A DNA stretch of 35,849 nucleotides from a virus (IMGVR_UViG_3300017766_002073:1-35849), one strand, 5' to 3'. Counted from the first letter of the stretch, positions 23,564 through 33,235 are shown. Notes: generated by a model from the sequence alone, not told the origin. Numbers and translations: made by a program.

Positions 23564-23719
23564 ATGCAGGAGCAAGAAAAGACCAGCCAGCAGCTTTGGG
23601 AAGAGGCCGCGCTACTTGGCCGGGGTGGAAACGTGGAAGAAGCCGCCGACGCGATTAGGCGCGCAGTAGATCGGGCTGTTTATGAGCACTTTATAGAGCG
23701 TGACAACAAGGCGCCATAG
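23564..23719 (+). CDS. Hypothetical protein, 51 aa
   Basis: AAGGA SD before MQEQEKT. Confidence 0.6.
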   Translation: MQEQEKTSQQLWEEAALLGRGGNVEEAADAIRRAVDRAVYEHFIERDNKAP

Positions 23720-23728
23720 CCGCATAAT
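23700..23728 (+). promoter_or_regulatory. Candidate late promoter (pR'-like position)
   Basis: GTGACA-N17-CATAAT upstream of a structured leader and the terminase operon. Confidence 0.55.
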
Positions 23729-23734
23729 GAAGAC

Positions 23735-23940
23735 TCACCGCCACAGTGAATGGGCTTTCTTTCCAAGGCTGCGGGTTAGCGGCTGGTGCGGATGTAAGCT
23801 CCGACAACAACGAGTGTGAAAGGCCCCTTGAACAGTCATCACAGTGCCCGAATCTGCCGGGCGGCGTCTTACAGGGGCGCCAAGAAATGGCGTATGCGGC
23901 TGACGTCAGCAGAGGAGCCGAGAACAGCAACGCTCTGCCT
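23735..23940 (+). ncRNA. Candidate structured late leader RNA
   Basis: Series of hairpins: GCTGC/GCGGC, CGGA/TCCG, GCCCCT/AGGGGC enclosing GCCCG/CGGGC, CGCCA/TGGCG, GCAGAG/CTCTGC. Confidence 0.4.
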
Positions 23941-23987
23941 TGAGTTGCATTGAGGTAGTCTGAAGAGCGCTATTGATGGGGCAAAGG

Positions 23988-24224
23988 ATGTCAACTGATC
24001 TGCACATTTGGGTTGCGCGCAACATGCCGAGGCTTGACGGGATGCTGAGCCAAGCGGCACATATGGACAAATGCCGACGCATACTGCAAAGAGCGACAGG
24101 CGCAAGGGTTCATGGCTGGGAGCCCATCAACAGCAGCTCATACAGGTTCCTCGCCGCGCTACAGGCCATGAGCCCCGCAAAGAGAGCGTACATAGAGCTG
24201 AAGGCGTATTGCCGGACGCTTTGA
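23988..24224 (+). CDS. Hypothetical protein, 78 aa
   Basis: Start MSTDLHIW; directly upstream of TerS. Confidence 0.6.
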   Translation: MSTDLHIWVARNMPRLDGMLSQAAHMDKCRRILQRATGARVHGWEPINSSSYRFLAALQAMSPAKRAYIELKAYCRTL

Positions 24225-24255
24225 CTGCATCAACCAGCACAATCGCCCAACTTAG

Positions 24256-24264
24256 TGGCACAAT
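24256..24264 (+). promoter_or_regulatory. Possible extended -10 element before TerS
   Basis: TG-G-CACAAT; no clear -35. Confidence 0.3.
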
Positions 24265-24297
24265 GTGGCATTTATCGGACAATCCATAGGAACCCGA

Positions 24298-24735
24298 ATG
24301 GCCCGCCCAAGTAAGTACAAACCCGAGTATGCAGAGCAAGCAAATAAGCTTTGCGCTCTAGGCGCAACAGATGCGCAGCTGGCCGACTTCTTCCAGGTCG
24401 CAGTGTCCACGATCAACCTGTGGAAGCTTGAGTACCCTGAGTTTTCGGAGTCCGTAAAGGTCCCCAAGGAACAGGCAGACGACCGGGTAGAGCAAAGCCT
24501 GTATCGCCGCGCCATGGGGTATGAGCACGACGAGGTAGATATCAAGGTCGTGGGGGGCGAGATCATCCAGACGCCAATCCGTCGTTACTACCCGCCAGAC
24601 TCTACCGCCATGATCTTCTGGTTGAAGAACCGCCGTCCGGCTGAATGGCGCGAGACAAAGGCCGTAGAGCTGACTGGCAAGGACGGCGGACCGCTTGAGA
24701 TCACCCGCGTTGAACTCGTGCCCATGAAGAAATGA
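24298..24735 (+). CDS. terS: Terminase small subunit, 145 aa
   Basis: MARPSKYKPEY..GATDAQLADFF HTH, PPDSTAMIFWLKNRRP, ELTGKDGGPL. Confidence 0.92.
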   Translation: MARPSKYKPEYAEQANKLCALGATDAQLADFFQVAVSTINLWKLEYPEFSESVKVPKEQADDRVEQSLYRRAMGYEHDEVDIKVVGGEIIQTPIRRYYPPDSTAMIFWLKNRRPAEWRETKAVELTGKDGGPLEITRVELVPMKK

Positions 24736-26042
24736 GCACCGCCTCTATCGAGATCCCCGAGAAGCTGATCCCCGTCTTTGATGGGCCTGCTGACGTAAGA
24801 GGGGCATACGGAGGCCGAGGAAGCGCGAAGACCCGCTCATTCGCCGTCATGGCCGCATTGAGGGGCTACATCTACGGTAGGGCAGGAACCAAGGGCATCA
24901 TCCTGTGCGCCCGGCAGTTCATGAACTCGCTGGAGGATTCCTCGCTAGAAGAATGCAAGCGCGCCATTGAGGACGAGCCATTCCTTGCTGCTTATTACGA
25001 CATAGGCGAGAAGTCGATCCACTCCAAGGACGGGCGCATCTCCTTTGCTTTTGCTGGGTTGGACCGATCGATTGACAGCGTGAAGTCCAAGGGCCGCATC
25101 TTGTTGTGCTGGGTGGACGAAGCCGAACCGGTGACCGATCAGGCGTTTAGCGTGCTGATCCCTACTCTGCGGGAAGAGGGCGCCGACTGGAATGCTGAGT
25201 TGTGGGTGACTTGGAACCCCAAGAGGAAGACCGCCGCAGTAGAGACGCGATTCCGCAACAGCACCAGCCCGCATGTGAAGGTGGCCGAACTGAACTGGCG
25301 CGACAACCCAAAGTTCCCCCGCAAGCTGGAGCGTGATCGCTTGGACGACCTGGAGAACAGGCCAGAGCAGTACCCGCACATCTGGGAAGGGGCGTTTGCT
25401 ACCGTCCTCGCTGGGGCTTACTACGCCAAAGACCTGATCAAGGCCAAGGACGAGGGAAGAATCGGTCGAGTCGCTGCAGACCCGCTGATGACCATCCGCT
25501 TGTTTGTGGACATCGGTGGAACGGGAGCGAGAGCCGACGCTTTCACCATCTGGGCGGCGCAGTTCATTGGCAAGGAAATCCGGGTCTTGGACTACTACGA
25601 AGCGGTAGGACAGCCGCTCTCAGGTCACTTGGCATGGATGCGCTTAAGAGGCTACACGACCGACAGAGCACAGATTTGGCTGCCTCACGATGGGGTCACT
25701 CAAGACAAGGTGCACGATGCTTCCTATCAGGGCGCATTGACCCAAGCAGGCTACACGGTTACAGTCGTCGCCAATCAAGGCAAGGGCGCAGCAAAGGCGC
25801 GTATTGAGGCTGCACGACGCATATTCCCTGCAATGTGGTTTAATGCCGACACCACAGAAGGTGGAAGAGCGGCTTTGGGTTGGTACCACGAAAAGAAGGA
25901 CGAGAAGCGCGACATCGGACTAGGGCCGGAGCATGACTGGTCATCCCATGGAGCGGACTCGTTTGGTCTGATGGCAGTGGCCTACGAAGAACCAACGACC
26001 AAGCGCAAGGCATCACCACAAGTAATAAGCTGGATGGGCTAA
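24732..26042 (+). CDS. terL: Terminase large subunit (headful-packaging type)
   Basis: Walker A YGGRGSAKT, Walker B CWVDEAE, TWNP, nuclease motifs VDIG, LPHD and HDWSSHGADSF. Confidence 0.95.
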   Translation: MSTASIEIPEKLIPVFDGPADVRGAYGGRGSAKTRSFAVMAALRGYIYGRAGTKGIILCARQFMNSLEDSSLEECKRAIEDEPFLAAYYDIGEKSIHSKDGRISFAFAGLDRSIDSVKSKGRILLCWVDEAEPVTDQAFSVLIPTLREEGADWNAELWVTWNPKRKTAAVETRFRNSTSPHVKVAELNWRDNPKFPRKLERDRLDDLENRPEQYPHIWEGAFATVLAGAYYAKDLIKAKDEGRIGRVAADPLMTIRLFVDIGGTGARADAFTIWAAQFIGKEIRVLDYYEAVGQPLSGHLAWMRLRGYTTDRAQIWLPHDGVTQDKVHDASYQGALTQAGYTVTVVANQGKGAAKARIEAARRIFPAMWFNADTTEGGRAALGWYHEKKDEKRDIGLGPEHDWSSHGADSFGLMAVAYEEPTTKRKASPQVISWMG

Positions 26043-28106
26043 ATGAGCGACAAAGACGATCTGTCAGAAGCACTGGAAGAATTCCGCCTCTCGGAAGACG
26101 CAGAGTCTCGCAACCGGGAGCAATGGCTATCTGACATCCGCTTTGCCCGTCTTGGTGAACAGTGGCCGGATGGCGTGAAGCGACAGCGGGAGATTGATGG
26201 CCGTCCGTGCCTCACGATCAACCGCCTGCCCGCAATGGTTCGCTCGGTCCTCAACGACGCCAGGCAGAACAAGCCCGCGATCAAGGTTCACCCGGTAGAT
26301 TCAGGCGCCACCCGAGAAACAGCGGAAATCCTCAACGGCCTGATTCGGAACATCGAGTACACCTCCAGCGCTGATGTGGCCTACGACACTGCTCTTGACC
26401 ACGCCGTTACCGGAGGTTTCGGGTACTTCCGCATCAACACCGACTATGCCTGTGACGACGAGTTCGAGCAGGACATCACCATCGAGCGGATTGCCAATCC
26501 TCTGACTGTTTACGGGGATGAAAACTCCACTTGTGCCGACTCCAGCGACTGGAACAAGGCATTTACCACGGAGATGTACACCGACGACGAGTTCGAGAAA
26601 CGCTGGAAAGGTGCGCAGAAATCCAACTGGCAGACCGACTACAACGATGTCCCGATTGGCTGGCGCGATGCTGATATGGTTCGTGTGGCGGAGTGGTGGA
26701 AGCGAGAGGAAGTGCCTGCAACCCTCCTCAAGCTGTCGGATGGTATGGTTCTGTATGAGCCTGAGTACCTGAAGATCAAGGACATCTTGGACGCCCAGGG
26801 CATCACCATTGCCGGAACTCGCCCCACGAAGTCCTACAAGGTCACTCAGAGAATCATGTCGGGTGCTGAGATCCTGGAGACGAACAAATGGGCAGGCCGG
26901 TACATCCCGATCATCCCTGTCTATGGTGACGAGGTGAACGTAGAGGGTGAGCGTCACTGGATCTCCCTGGTCCGCTGGGCCAAAGATCCTCAACAGATGT
27001 TCAACTACTGGCGCACCGCTTCTACTGAGCTGGTGGCGCTTGCTCCCAAGACGCCGTTCATCGGGCCTAAAGGGGCGTTCGACACTGACCAACAGAAGTG
27101 GGCCAGCGCTAACGTGGTGTCGTATCCGTACCTTGAATACGATGGTGGTGTCGCGCCTCAACGTCAAGCCTTTGCCGGTCCTCCAGCTGGAGCCTTGCAA
27201 GAAGCTCTCAACGCCTCGGACGACATGAAGACGGTGATGGGCATCTATGACGCAGCTCTGGGTGCTCGCAGCAACGAGACTTCAGGCCGGGCCATCCTTC
27301 AGCGCCAGAAGGAGTCGGACACTGCCACGTTCAACTACATCGACAACCTCTCGCGGGCTATTAAGCATGCTGGCCGGGTGGTGGTGGACCTGATCCCCAA
27401 GGTGTACTCCGCTCCACGCATCGTGCGGATCATCCACGAAGACGGCACGAACGAATCTGTCCCGATCAACCAGCCTTTCATCCCTGACCAGCAGAAAGAC
27501 CCCAAGGCCCAGCAATACGAAGCCGGGAAGGATCAAGAGACTGTTGAAGGGTTGACGCGCATCTATGACGTGACCACGGGTAAATATGACGTGACCTGTG
27601 AAGTGGGTCCTTCTTTCTCCACGAAACGTGAAGAAGCCGCTAACCAGATGATCGAGCTGGGCAAGATGTTCCCACCCATGATGCAGGTTGCCGGGGATCT
27701 GTTGGTGAAGAATCTCGATTGGCCTGGTGCTGATGACATTGCCGATCGCCTCAAGGCCATGCTTCCCCCTCAGTTGCAGGGCCAGTCGCCCCAGGTCATG
27801 CAGATGCAGCAGCAGATGCAGCAAATGGACGGCCAAGCTAGACAAGCTATCGCGCAACTTCAGCAGAAACTCCAGCAATTGGAATCACAGGCGCAACAAT
27901 CGCAGCTTGATAAGCAGGCTGAGATGCAAAAACTCGCTATTGACGCATACAATGCCGAAACCAACCGTTTGAAGATCACCGCTCCAGCGATGGGGCCGGT
28001 AGAGATTCAGGCATTGGTCATGCAGACACTGATGCAGGCGCTGCAAGCAGGGGCGCCCCAACAAATGCCAGGTGAACAGCCCCCACCAGGTATGCCAATC
28101 GGCTAA
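26043..28106 (+). CDS. Portal protein, P22-like, 687 aa
   Basis: GEQW..RPCLTINRL, IPIIPVYG, KYDVTCEVGPSFSTKREE and a Q-rich C-terminal barrel coiled-coil. Confidence 0.93.
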   Translation: MSDKDDLSEALEEFRLSEDAESRNREQWLSDIRFARLGEQWPDGVKRQREIDGRPCLTINRLPAMVRSVLNDARQNKPAIKVHPVDSGATRETAEILNGLIRNIEYTSSADVAYDTALDHAVTGGFGYFRINTDYACDDEFEQDITIERIANPLTVYGDENSTCADSSDWNKAFTTEMYTDDEFEKRWKGAQKSNWQTDYNDVPIGWRDADMVRVAEWWKREEVPATLLKLSDGMVLYEPEYLKIKDILDAQGITIAGTRPTKSYKVTQRIMSGAEILETNKWAGRYIPIIPVYGDEVNVEGERHWISLVRWAKDPQQMFNYWRTASTELVALAPKTPFIGPKGAFDTDQQKWASANVVSYPYLEYDGGVAPQRQAFAGPPAGALQEALNASDDMKTVMGIYDAALGARSNETSGRAILQRQKESDTATFNYIDNLSRAIKHAGRVVVDLIPKVYSAPRIVRIIHEDGTNESVPINQPFIPDQQKDPKAQQYEAGKDQETVEGLTRIYDVTTGKYDVTCEVGPSFSTKREEAANQMIELGKMFPPMMQVAGDLLVKNLDWPGADDIADRLKAMLPPQLQGQSPQVMQMQQQMQQMDGQARQAIAQLQQKLQQLESQAQQSQLDKQAEMQKLAIDAYNAETNRLKITAPAMGPVEIQALVMQTLMQALQAGAPQQMPGEQPPPGMPIG

Positions 28107-28150
28107 ACCGGGGTAGCGCATCGTTGAGAAACGACCGCAGGAGACGTTAG

Positions 28151-29014
28151 ATGTCATTGGAACAACCCTCCGGGGATTCCGAGGTACAGGAACAGCCAGA
28201 AGACGGAAGTACCCCGTCTGACGAACAGATTCAAGAAGGCGCTGAATCCGAAGGACTCGACGAAGAGCAACCGGAGGAAGAGGAAGAACTTGAAGAGGAC
28301 TTGGACAGCCTCAAGGTTCGTGGCAAAAAGGAACAGCTCGAAAAGCTCAAGTCCGAGCGCCTGATGCAGGCTGACTACACCCGCAAAACGCAGGAAGTGG
28401 CAGCAGAGCGCCAGGCCATCGCCGCTGAAAAAGCAGCAGTCGAGCTGGAGAAGCGTGTTCATCAAGAGAACATGAAAGAGGTAGCCACTTTCCAGGCTAT
28501 CGAGATGAGGCTTCAGGAATACGGCCAGGTCAATTGGGACCAGCTGTATGACGAGAATCCGGCTTATGCCGCGAAGCTGAGTCACCAGATGCGCAACCTG
28601 CAAGCCCAACAGGCACAGCTCCGCGCATCTGTCACGCAGAGACAAGAACAGTTCTCCCAACTGCAACAGCAAGAAGCTGCACGGCAGGCGGCAGAGGCTT
28701 ACCGAGTCTTGCAGCGTGATATCCCTGGCTGGGGTGAAGGGTTGGTTAGCAAACTGAAAGCGTATGCCCTGAAGACAGGCTACACGCAGCAGGAAATCGA
28801 CGCGATCCGAAGCCCCGCAGTCGTGAAGTCCATTTACCGGGAATTCACGATGGCAGAAGCCAAGAAAAGTGCCACAAAGCGCACTCCCGAGGTCCAAGAG
28901 AAGCCAGTCACTCGAGTAGTTAGCTCGAGCAAGGGCGCGGCAGTCAAGGACCCCGACAAGATGTCGATTGAGGAGTGGACGAAGTGGCGCAACACGCAAG
29001 TAAAACGTCGATAA
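28151..29014 (+). CDS. Scaffolding protein
   Basis: Acidic N-terminus, MQADYTRKTQE, coiled-coil, C-terminal MSIEEWTKWR; lies between portal and coat. Confidence 0.88.
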   Translation: MSLEQPSGDSEVQEQPEDGSTPSDEQIQEGAESEGLDEEQPEEEEELEEDLDSLKVRGKKEQLEKLKSERLMQADYTRKTQEVAAERQAIAAEKAAVELEKRVHQENMKEVATFQAIEMRLQEYGQVNWDQLYDENPAYAAKLSHQMRNLQAQQAQLRASVTQRQEQFSQLQQQEAARQAAEAYRVLQRDIPGWGEGLVSKLKAYALKTGYTQQEIDAIRSPAVVKSIYREFTMAEAKKSATKRTPEVQEKPVTRVVSSSKGAAVKDPDKMSIEEWTKWRNTQVKRR

Positions 29015-29043
29015 CTTAACGCCGCAAGGCTGGAGAACTTGAA

Positions 29044-30243
29044 ATGCCAAATGCCCTTCTTACCCCCACCGCAGTGACCCGCGAAGCTTTGCGGATCCTG
29101 CACCAAAAGCTGAACTTCATCGGCAACATCAACCGATCCTATGACGACTCGTTTGCAAAGACGGGCGCCAAGATCGGTGATTCGCTGAAGATCCGCCTGC
29201 CCAACGAGTACACGGTCCGCACCGGTGCCACGCTGTCCGCCCAGGACACCAACGAACTGAGCACGACCCTGCAGGTTGCGACCCAGAAGGGCGTGGATCT
29301 GAACTTCACCTCTGTCGATCTGACGCTGTCGCTGGACGACTTTTCCAAACGCATTCTGGATCCGGCCATGTCGGTTCTGGCTGCGAACGTGGAAGCCGAC
29401 GCCCTGTCGATGATGTTGGACGTGTACCAAAGCGTGAATAACGTCGGCTCGGCAATCACGTTCGGCAAGGTCATGTCCTCGCGCAAGGTCCTGAACGACG
29501 CCCTGGCGCCGATGGACAACAATCGTTCCATCCTGCTGAACACACAGGACAACGTTGACCTGGTGGACGGCCTCAAAGGTCTGTTCCAAGACTCGACCGC
29601 GATCCGCGAGCAGTACAAGGAAGGCTCGATGGGGCGTACCGGGGGGTATGACTTCTACGAAAACACGCTGATCCAGAACCAAGCCACCGGCACTGCACTG
29701 TCTGTCACCACCTACACGGTAAACGGCGCTGTCACTGCCAACGGTACGGCGGCAGTGACCGTGGCATCGGCTGGTGCGACCACGTTCAAGAAGGGTGACG
29801 TCTTCACCGTTGCTGGGTGCAACCGCGTGCACCCCGAAACCAAGGTGGACACCGGTGTTTTGCAGCAGTTTGTGGTTGCCGCCGACTACGCCGGTGGTGC
29901 TGGTTCGCTGCAGTTCGCGCCCGCGATCTACACCTCCACGGGCCGCCAGAACGTCACTGCAGCCGGTCTGCCCAACGGTGCGGCACTGGTCAAGGTCGGT
30001 GGCGCTTCGGCGATCTACAAGCCTTCCCTGGCCTTCCACAAGGATGCGTTCGCATTCGCCACGGCTGACTTGGTGATGCCTTCCGGTGTGGACTTCGCCT
30101 CGCGCCAGGTGATGGACGGTGTGTCGATGCGGATTGTTCGCCAATACTCGATCTCCAACGACACGTTCCCGTGCCGTCTGGATATCTTGTACGGCTACAA
30201 GACGATCCGCCCACAACTGGCCGCTCGTATCTTGAGCAACTAA
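29044..30243 (+). CDS. Major capsid protein, P22 coat (gp5) family
   Basis: AKIGDSLKIRLP, FHKDAFAFATADL, CRLDILYG; strong codon bias. Confidence 0.93.
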   Translation: MPNALLTPTAVTREALRILHQKLNFIGNINRSYDDSFAKTGAKIGDSLKIRLPNEYTVRTGATLSAQDTNELSTTLQVATQKGVDLNFTSVDLTLSLDDFSKRILDPAMSVLAANVEADALSMMLDVYQSVNNVGSAITFGKVMSSRKVLNDALAPMDNNRSILLNTQDNVDLVDGLKGLFQDSTAIREQYKEGSMGRTGGYDFYENTLIQNQATGTALSVTTYTVNGAVTANGTAAVTVASAGATTFKKGDVFTVAGCNRVHPETKVDTGVLQQFVVAADYAGGAGSLQFAPAIYTSTGRQNVTAAGLPNGAALVKVGGASAIYKPSLAFHKDAFAFATADLVMPSGVDFASRQVMDGVSMRIVRQYSISNDTFPCRLDILYGYKTIRPQLAARILSN

Positions 30244-30250
30244 GCCTCAC

Positions 30251-30274
30251 TCCCCCGCTTCGGCGGGGGATTCT
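30251..30274 (+). terminator. Hairpin/terminator after the coat gene
   Basis: TCCCCCGC-TTCG-GCGGGGGA followed by TTCT (short U tract, probably leaky). Confidence 0.7.
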
Positions 30275-30286
30275 CAAGGAGAAGAG

Positions 30287-30460
30287 ATGTTCCAAGAGTA
30301 CCCAAAGTGCCTGTACCAAAAGGGCAATGTAGAGGCGGAATACGCCGTGGTAGCTGACGAGTCTCAAGAGGACGACGCCCGCGCCATTGGATACGCCGAC
30401 GCTTACGAAACCGACGACGCCCCGAAGAAACGCGGTCGTCCTGCCAAGAGCAAAGAATGA
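30287..30460 (+). CDS. Small protein with AT-hook-like KKRGRP tail, 57 aa (not in ORF track)
   Basis: AAGGAG SD; MFQEYPKCLY...APKKRGRPAKSKE; ATGA overlap with the next gene. Confidence 0.75.
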   Translation: MFQEYPKCLYQKGNVEAEYAVVADESQEDDARAIGYADAYETDDAPKKRGRPAKSKE

Positions 30461-31098
30461 CCATCTCCACCTACTCAGAACTGCAAACCGCTGTCGCTGG
30501 GTGGGCGCAGCGGACTGACATCACGACGCTGATTCCAGACTTCATCTCGCTTGCGGAGAAGCGGATAAAGGCCATGCTGAGCCCCGCTCCGTATGAACTG
30601 GAAGTGACTTTGACCACCACCCCATCGGTGGACACGATTCCCCTTCCAGCGGACTTTGAAACACCCATAGCTCTGTGGATTGCTGACATCAATCCCCGCT
30701 ACGAATTGACCCAGTGGCTGCCCCAGGAGCTGCCATACACCACAACCCCTCGTCGTCCTCTTGAATGGTCGATTGACGGGGTAAACATCAGATTCCAGGC
30801 TCCCGCAGATGGGGCATACCCGATCAAGTTCCGCTACGTGCAGAGCATTGCCTTGTCCGGCGCCGGGCCTACGAACTACATCCTTGATTCGTACCCCGAT
30901 GTGTACCTGTTCGGGGCGCTTTCTGAAGCCTTTTCGTACATCCGTGACGACGAGCAGGCTGTGAAATACGATGGCCGTTTCAGAACTGCGATTGACTTGG
31001 CAAAGGGCCAAGAAGCTGGGAAGAACAAGAACGTACCTCTGCTGACTGAATTTGGCATGCTCCAGAGAACCCGCTTCAACATCAACAGGGGCTACTAA
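30457..31098 (+). CDS. Head-tail adaptor / tail tubular protein, 213 aa
   Basis: TYSELQTAVAGW..IPDFISLAE..LPADF..YPDVYLFGAL; follows the coat gene. Confidence 0.8.
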   Translation: MTISTYSELQTAVAGWAQRTDITTLIPDFISLAEKRIKAMLSPAPYELEVTLTTTPSVDTIPLPADFETPIALWIADINPRYELTQWLPQELPYTTTPRRPLEWSIDGVNIRFQAPADGAYPIKFRYVQSIALSGAGPTNYILDSYPDVYLFGALSEAFSYIRDDEQAVKYDGRFRTAIDLAKGQEAGKNKNVPLLTEFGMLQRTRFNINRGY

Positions 31099-32492
31099 TG
31101 GCGCTCGAAACCGCAACCTACATCAACCAGTTGGTGGCGACAAACCCAACTGGTACCGACCCGAAAAGCCAAGGGGATAACCAGATCCGTTTGCTTAAAA
31201 CGGTGTTGCAAGCACAATTTACCGGCCTGGGCGCGGCTGCTGTCACTGCGTCTGCCGTTCAGCTAAATGCTGCTGCTGCGTCTTCCGGTCAATACGCAAC
31301 TGGTACGTCTACCACGTCGCTTCTGATCGGCACGGGGTCGAAGTCGTTCACGACCCAGGCAAGTCGCGGATTCGCAGTGGGGCAAGTTGTGCGGATAACC
31401 TCAAACGCCAACGTCGCCAATTACATGCAAGGCCAGGTCACGGCTTACGATACTGTGACGGGCGCAATGACGGTTAGTGCTGCCACGGTAGGAGGTTCTG
31501 GCACGTTTGCCGACTGGTCCATCGCGGTCTACCTCGAAACCCGTCTTCTGATTTCACGGTCGGCTCGGACAGCAAACACTGCGATTACCACGTCTGACAG
31601 CGGGACATGGATCGACATCACTGCAAACACGTTCAGCCAGACCTTCGACGCTGTGGCAACCCTTGGATTGGGTTTCTGGTGCATTTTGGGGAATTCCGGC
31701 ACGGGGGATATCACGCTTGATCCATCAGGCTCAGAGACTATTGACGGTCTTACGAGCTACATCATGTACCCCGGCGAGGTGCGCTTTGTCCAATGCGATG
31801 GCACTGCACTCCGAACCATTGTTTGGAATGGGTACAGCAAGACTTTTACTGCTTCTGGCATCTGGACCAAACCACCAGGATACCGCAGCCATGATGGGGT
31901 TTTGGACGGGGGTGGCGGTTCTGGCGGTCGGTACGCTTCTGGACAAACTAGCCTGGGCGGAACCGGTGGTGCCCGAGCATTCTTTACGTTCCTGTCTTCA
32001 CAGCTCAGCGCAACCGAGGGCCTCACAGTGGGAACTGGTGGCGTGGCGCAGACTGTTGATGCCACAGCCGGTAATGCCGGGGGGTTAAGCCAATTTAAGA
32101 CCGCAATTGCATACGGAGGGAAGGGCGGCTCCAACTCGTCCTCCGTCTCTGGCGGGGATGCTTTTATCTCGGGTGCTTTTAATGTGGTGTTTGCCGGAGT
32201 TAACCCGGCATCTACAAACGAAGGCTATTTTGGCGGTTGCGGATCACGTAATACAGCTATGTCGGGAATCCGGTCGGTATATGGGAATGGTTCGGGCGCC
32301 ACTGTTTCCGACGGAGACGCGCTGATCAACGGTGCTACGTCGCTTTTTGGGAGCCCAGGCGGCACCACTAACGCAACGGGGACCGCAGCAACCGCAGGCA
32401 CGGCGCCTGGCGGTGGAGGTGGTGGTGCGCGAAACGGTAATGCATCTGGCGCTGGGGCGCGCGGTGAGATCAAGATTTGGGGGGTTATCTGA
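31098..32492 (+). CDS. Tail fibre with glycine-rich C-terminus, 464 aa
   Basis: MALETATYINQLVATNP..GDNQIRLLK anchor; T/S-rich beta regions; GGGG-rich distal domain. Confidence 0.8.
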   Translation: MALETATYINQLVATNPTGTDPKSQGDNQIRLLKTVLQAQFTGLGAAAVTASAVQLNAAAASSGQYATGTSTTSLLIGTGSKSFTTQASRGFAVGQVVRITSNANVANYMQGQVTAYDTVTGAMTVSAATVGGSGTFADWSIAVYLETRLLISRSARTANTAITTSDSGTWIDITANTFSQTFDAVATLGLGFWCILGNSGTGDITLDPSGSETIDGLTSYIMYPGEVRFVQCDGTALRTIVWNGYSKTFTASGIWTKPPGYRSHDGVLDGGGGSGGRYASGQTSLGGTGGARAFFTFLSSQLSATEGLTVGTGGVAQTVDATAGNAGGLSQFKTAIAYGGKGGSNSSSVSGGDAFISGAFNVVFAGVNPASTNEGYFGGCGSRNTAMSGIRSVYGNGSGATVSDGDALINGATSLFGSPGGTTNATGTAATAGTAPGGGGGGARNGNASGAGARGEIKIWGVI

Positions 32493-32896
32493 TGGCTGAG
32501 TCTTATGCCGATGTACGCGATGGGCGTGTCTACAATCTAGCCCTGGCCGAGGCCGACTATGCTGACTTGATGGGGTGGATTCCTGCCGGGAATGCTCGCA
32601 TTGGGGACACTTGGGATGGGAAGGAATTCTTAGCCCCTGTTGTCATTCCATCCGTTCCAGTGTCAGTAACATCTCGACAGGCAAAGCGCGCGCTGCTTGA
32701 TGCCGGGCTTCTTGATGACGTTGAAGACGCTATTGCCGCAATCCCAGACAAGTTAGAGCGGCGCCGCGTACAAATTGATTGGATTGAAGCGCAAGATTTC
32801 CGGCGAGATTGGCCGGTGCTTGTTTCATTAGCCAAGTCTTTGGGGCTGGACTCGGCTGCACTTGATGCCCTTTTTATTGAGGCCAAAAACCTCTAA
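32492..32896 (+). CDS. Tail fibre accessory/chaperone-like protein, 134 aa
   Basis: TGATG overlap; IGDTWDGKEFLAP and SVTSRQAKRAL..LDALFIEA. Confidence 0.7.
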   Translation: MAESYADVRDGRVYNLALAEADYADLMGWIPAGNARIGDTWDGKEFLAPVVIPSVPVSVTSRQAKRALLDAGLLDDVEDAIAAIPDKLERRRVQIDWIEAQDFRRDWPVLVSLAKSLGLDSAALDALFIEAKNL

Positions 32897-32905
32897 GGAA
32901 TCTCC

Positions 32906-33235
32906 ATGCCACTGCTTCGTTACGTCGCACTTGATGCCAACAACCTAGTCTACAACGTCACCTCTGCAGAAGATCCCGACTTTGCGGCATACATGGGTTG
33001 GATCCAGTCCGACACCGCTACCTTTGGTGATTTTTGGACCGGCACGGAGTTTATAACTCCCCCGCCTCCAGCCCCAACGAATGCTCAGATGGATATGATC
33101 TTGCGCAACCATCTCTTGTACCGAGAGTATCTGCAAAAAACGGCATTGCGCAACCAGATCGCTGCCAGCGTTACTCCGCCGTTGACGGAACAGACCTTTA
33201 CGACTGCCGTCGAAAACTGGGATTACGATGCCTAA
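32906..33235 (+). CDS. Tail fibre accessory protein paralog, 109 aa
   Basis: N-terminus similar to the preceding gene (VYN..AE..MGWI..GD.W.G.EF..P). Confidence 0.65.
   Translation: MPLLRYVALDANNLVYNVTSAEDPDFAAYMGWIQSDTATFGDFWTGTEFITPPPPAPTNAQMDMILRNHLLYREYLQKTALRNQIAASVTPPLTEQTFTTAVENWDYDA

Noticed and set aside
23746-23943. 65-aa ORF
   Set aside because: GTG start without SD, atypical composition, and it overlaps a hairpin-rich leader; not fully excluded.
28154-30216. Long minus-strand ORFs (298 and 460 aa)
   Set aside because: Antisense shadows of the scaffold and coat genes caused by codon bias.
31098-33235. Diversity-generating retroelement or invertible tail-fibre cassette
   Set aside because: No reverse transcriptase or invertase, and no near-identical template/variable repeat or inverted crossover sites were seen.
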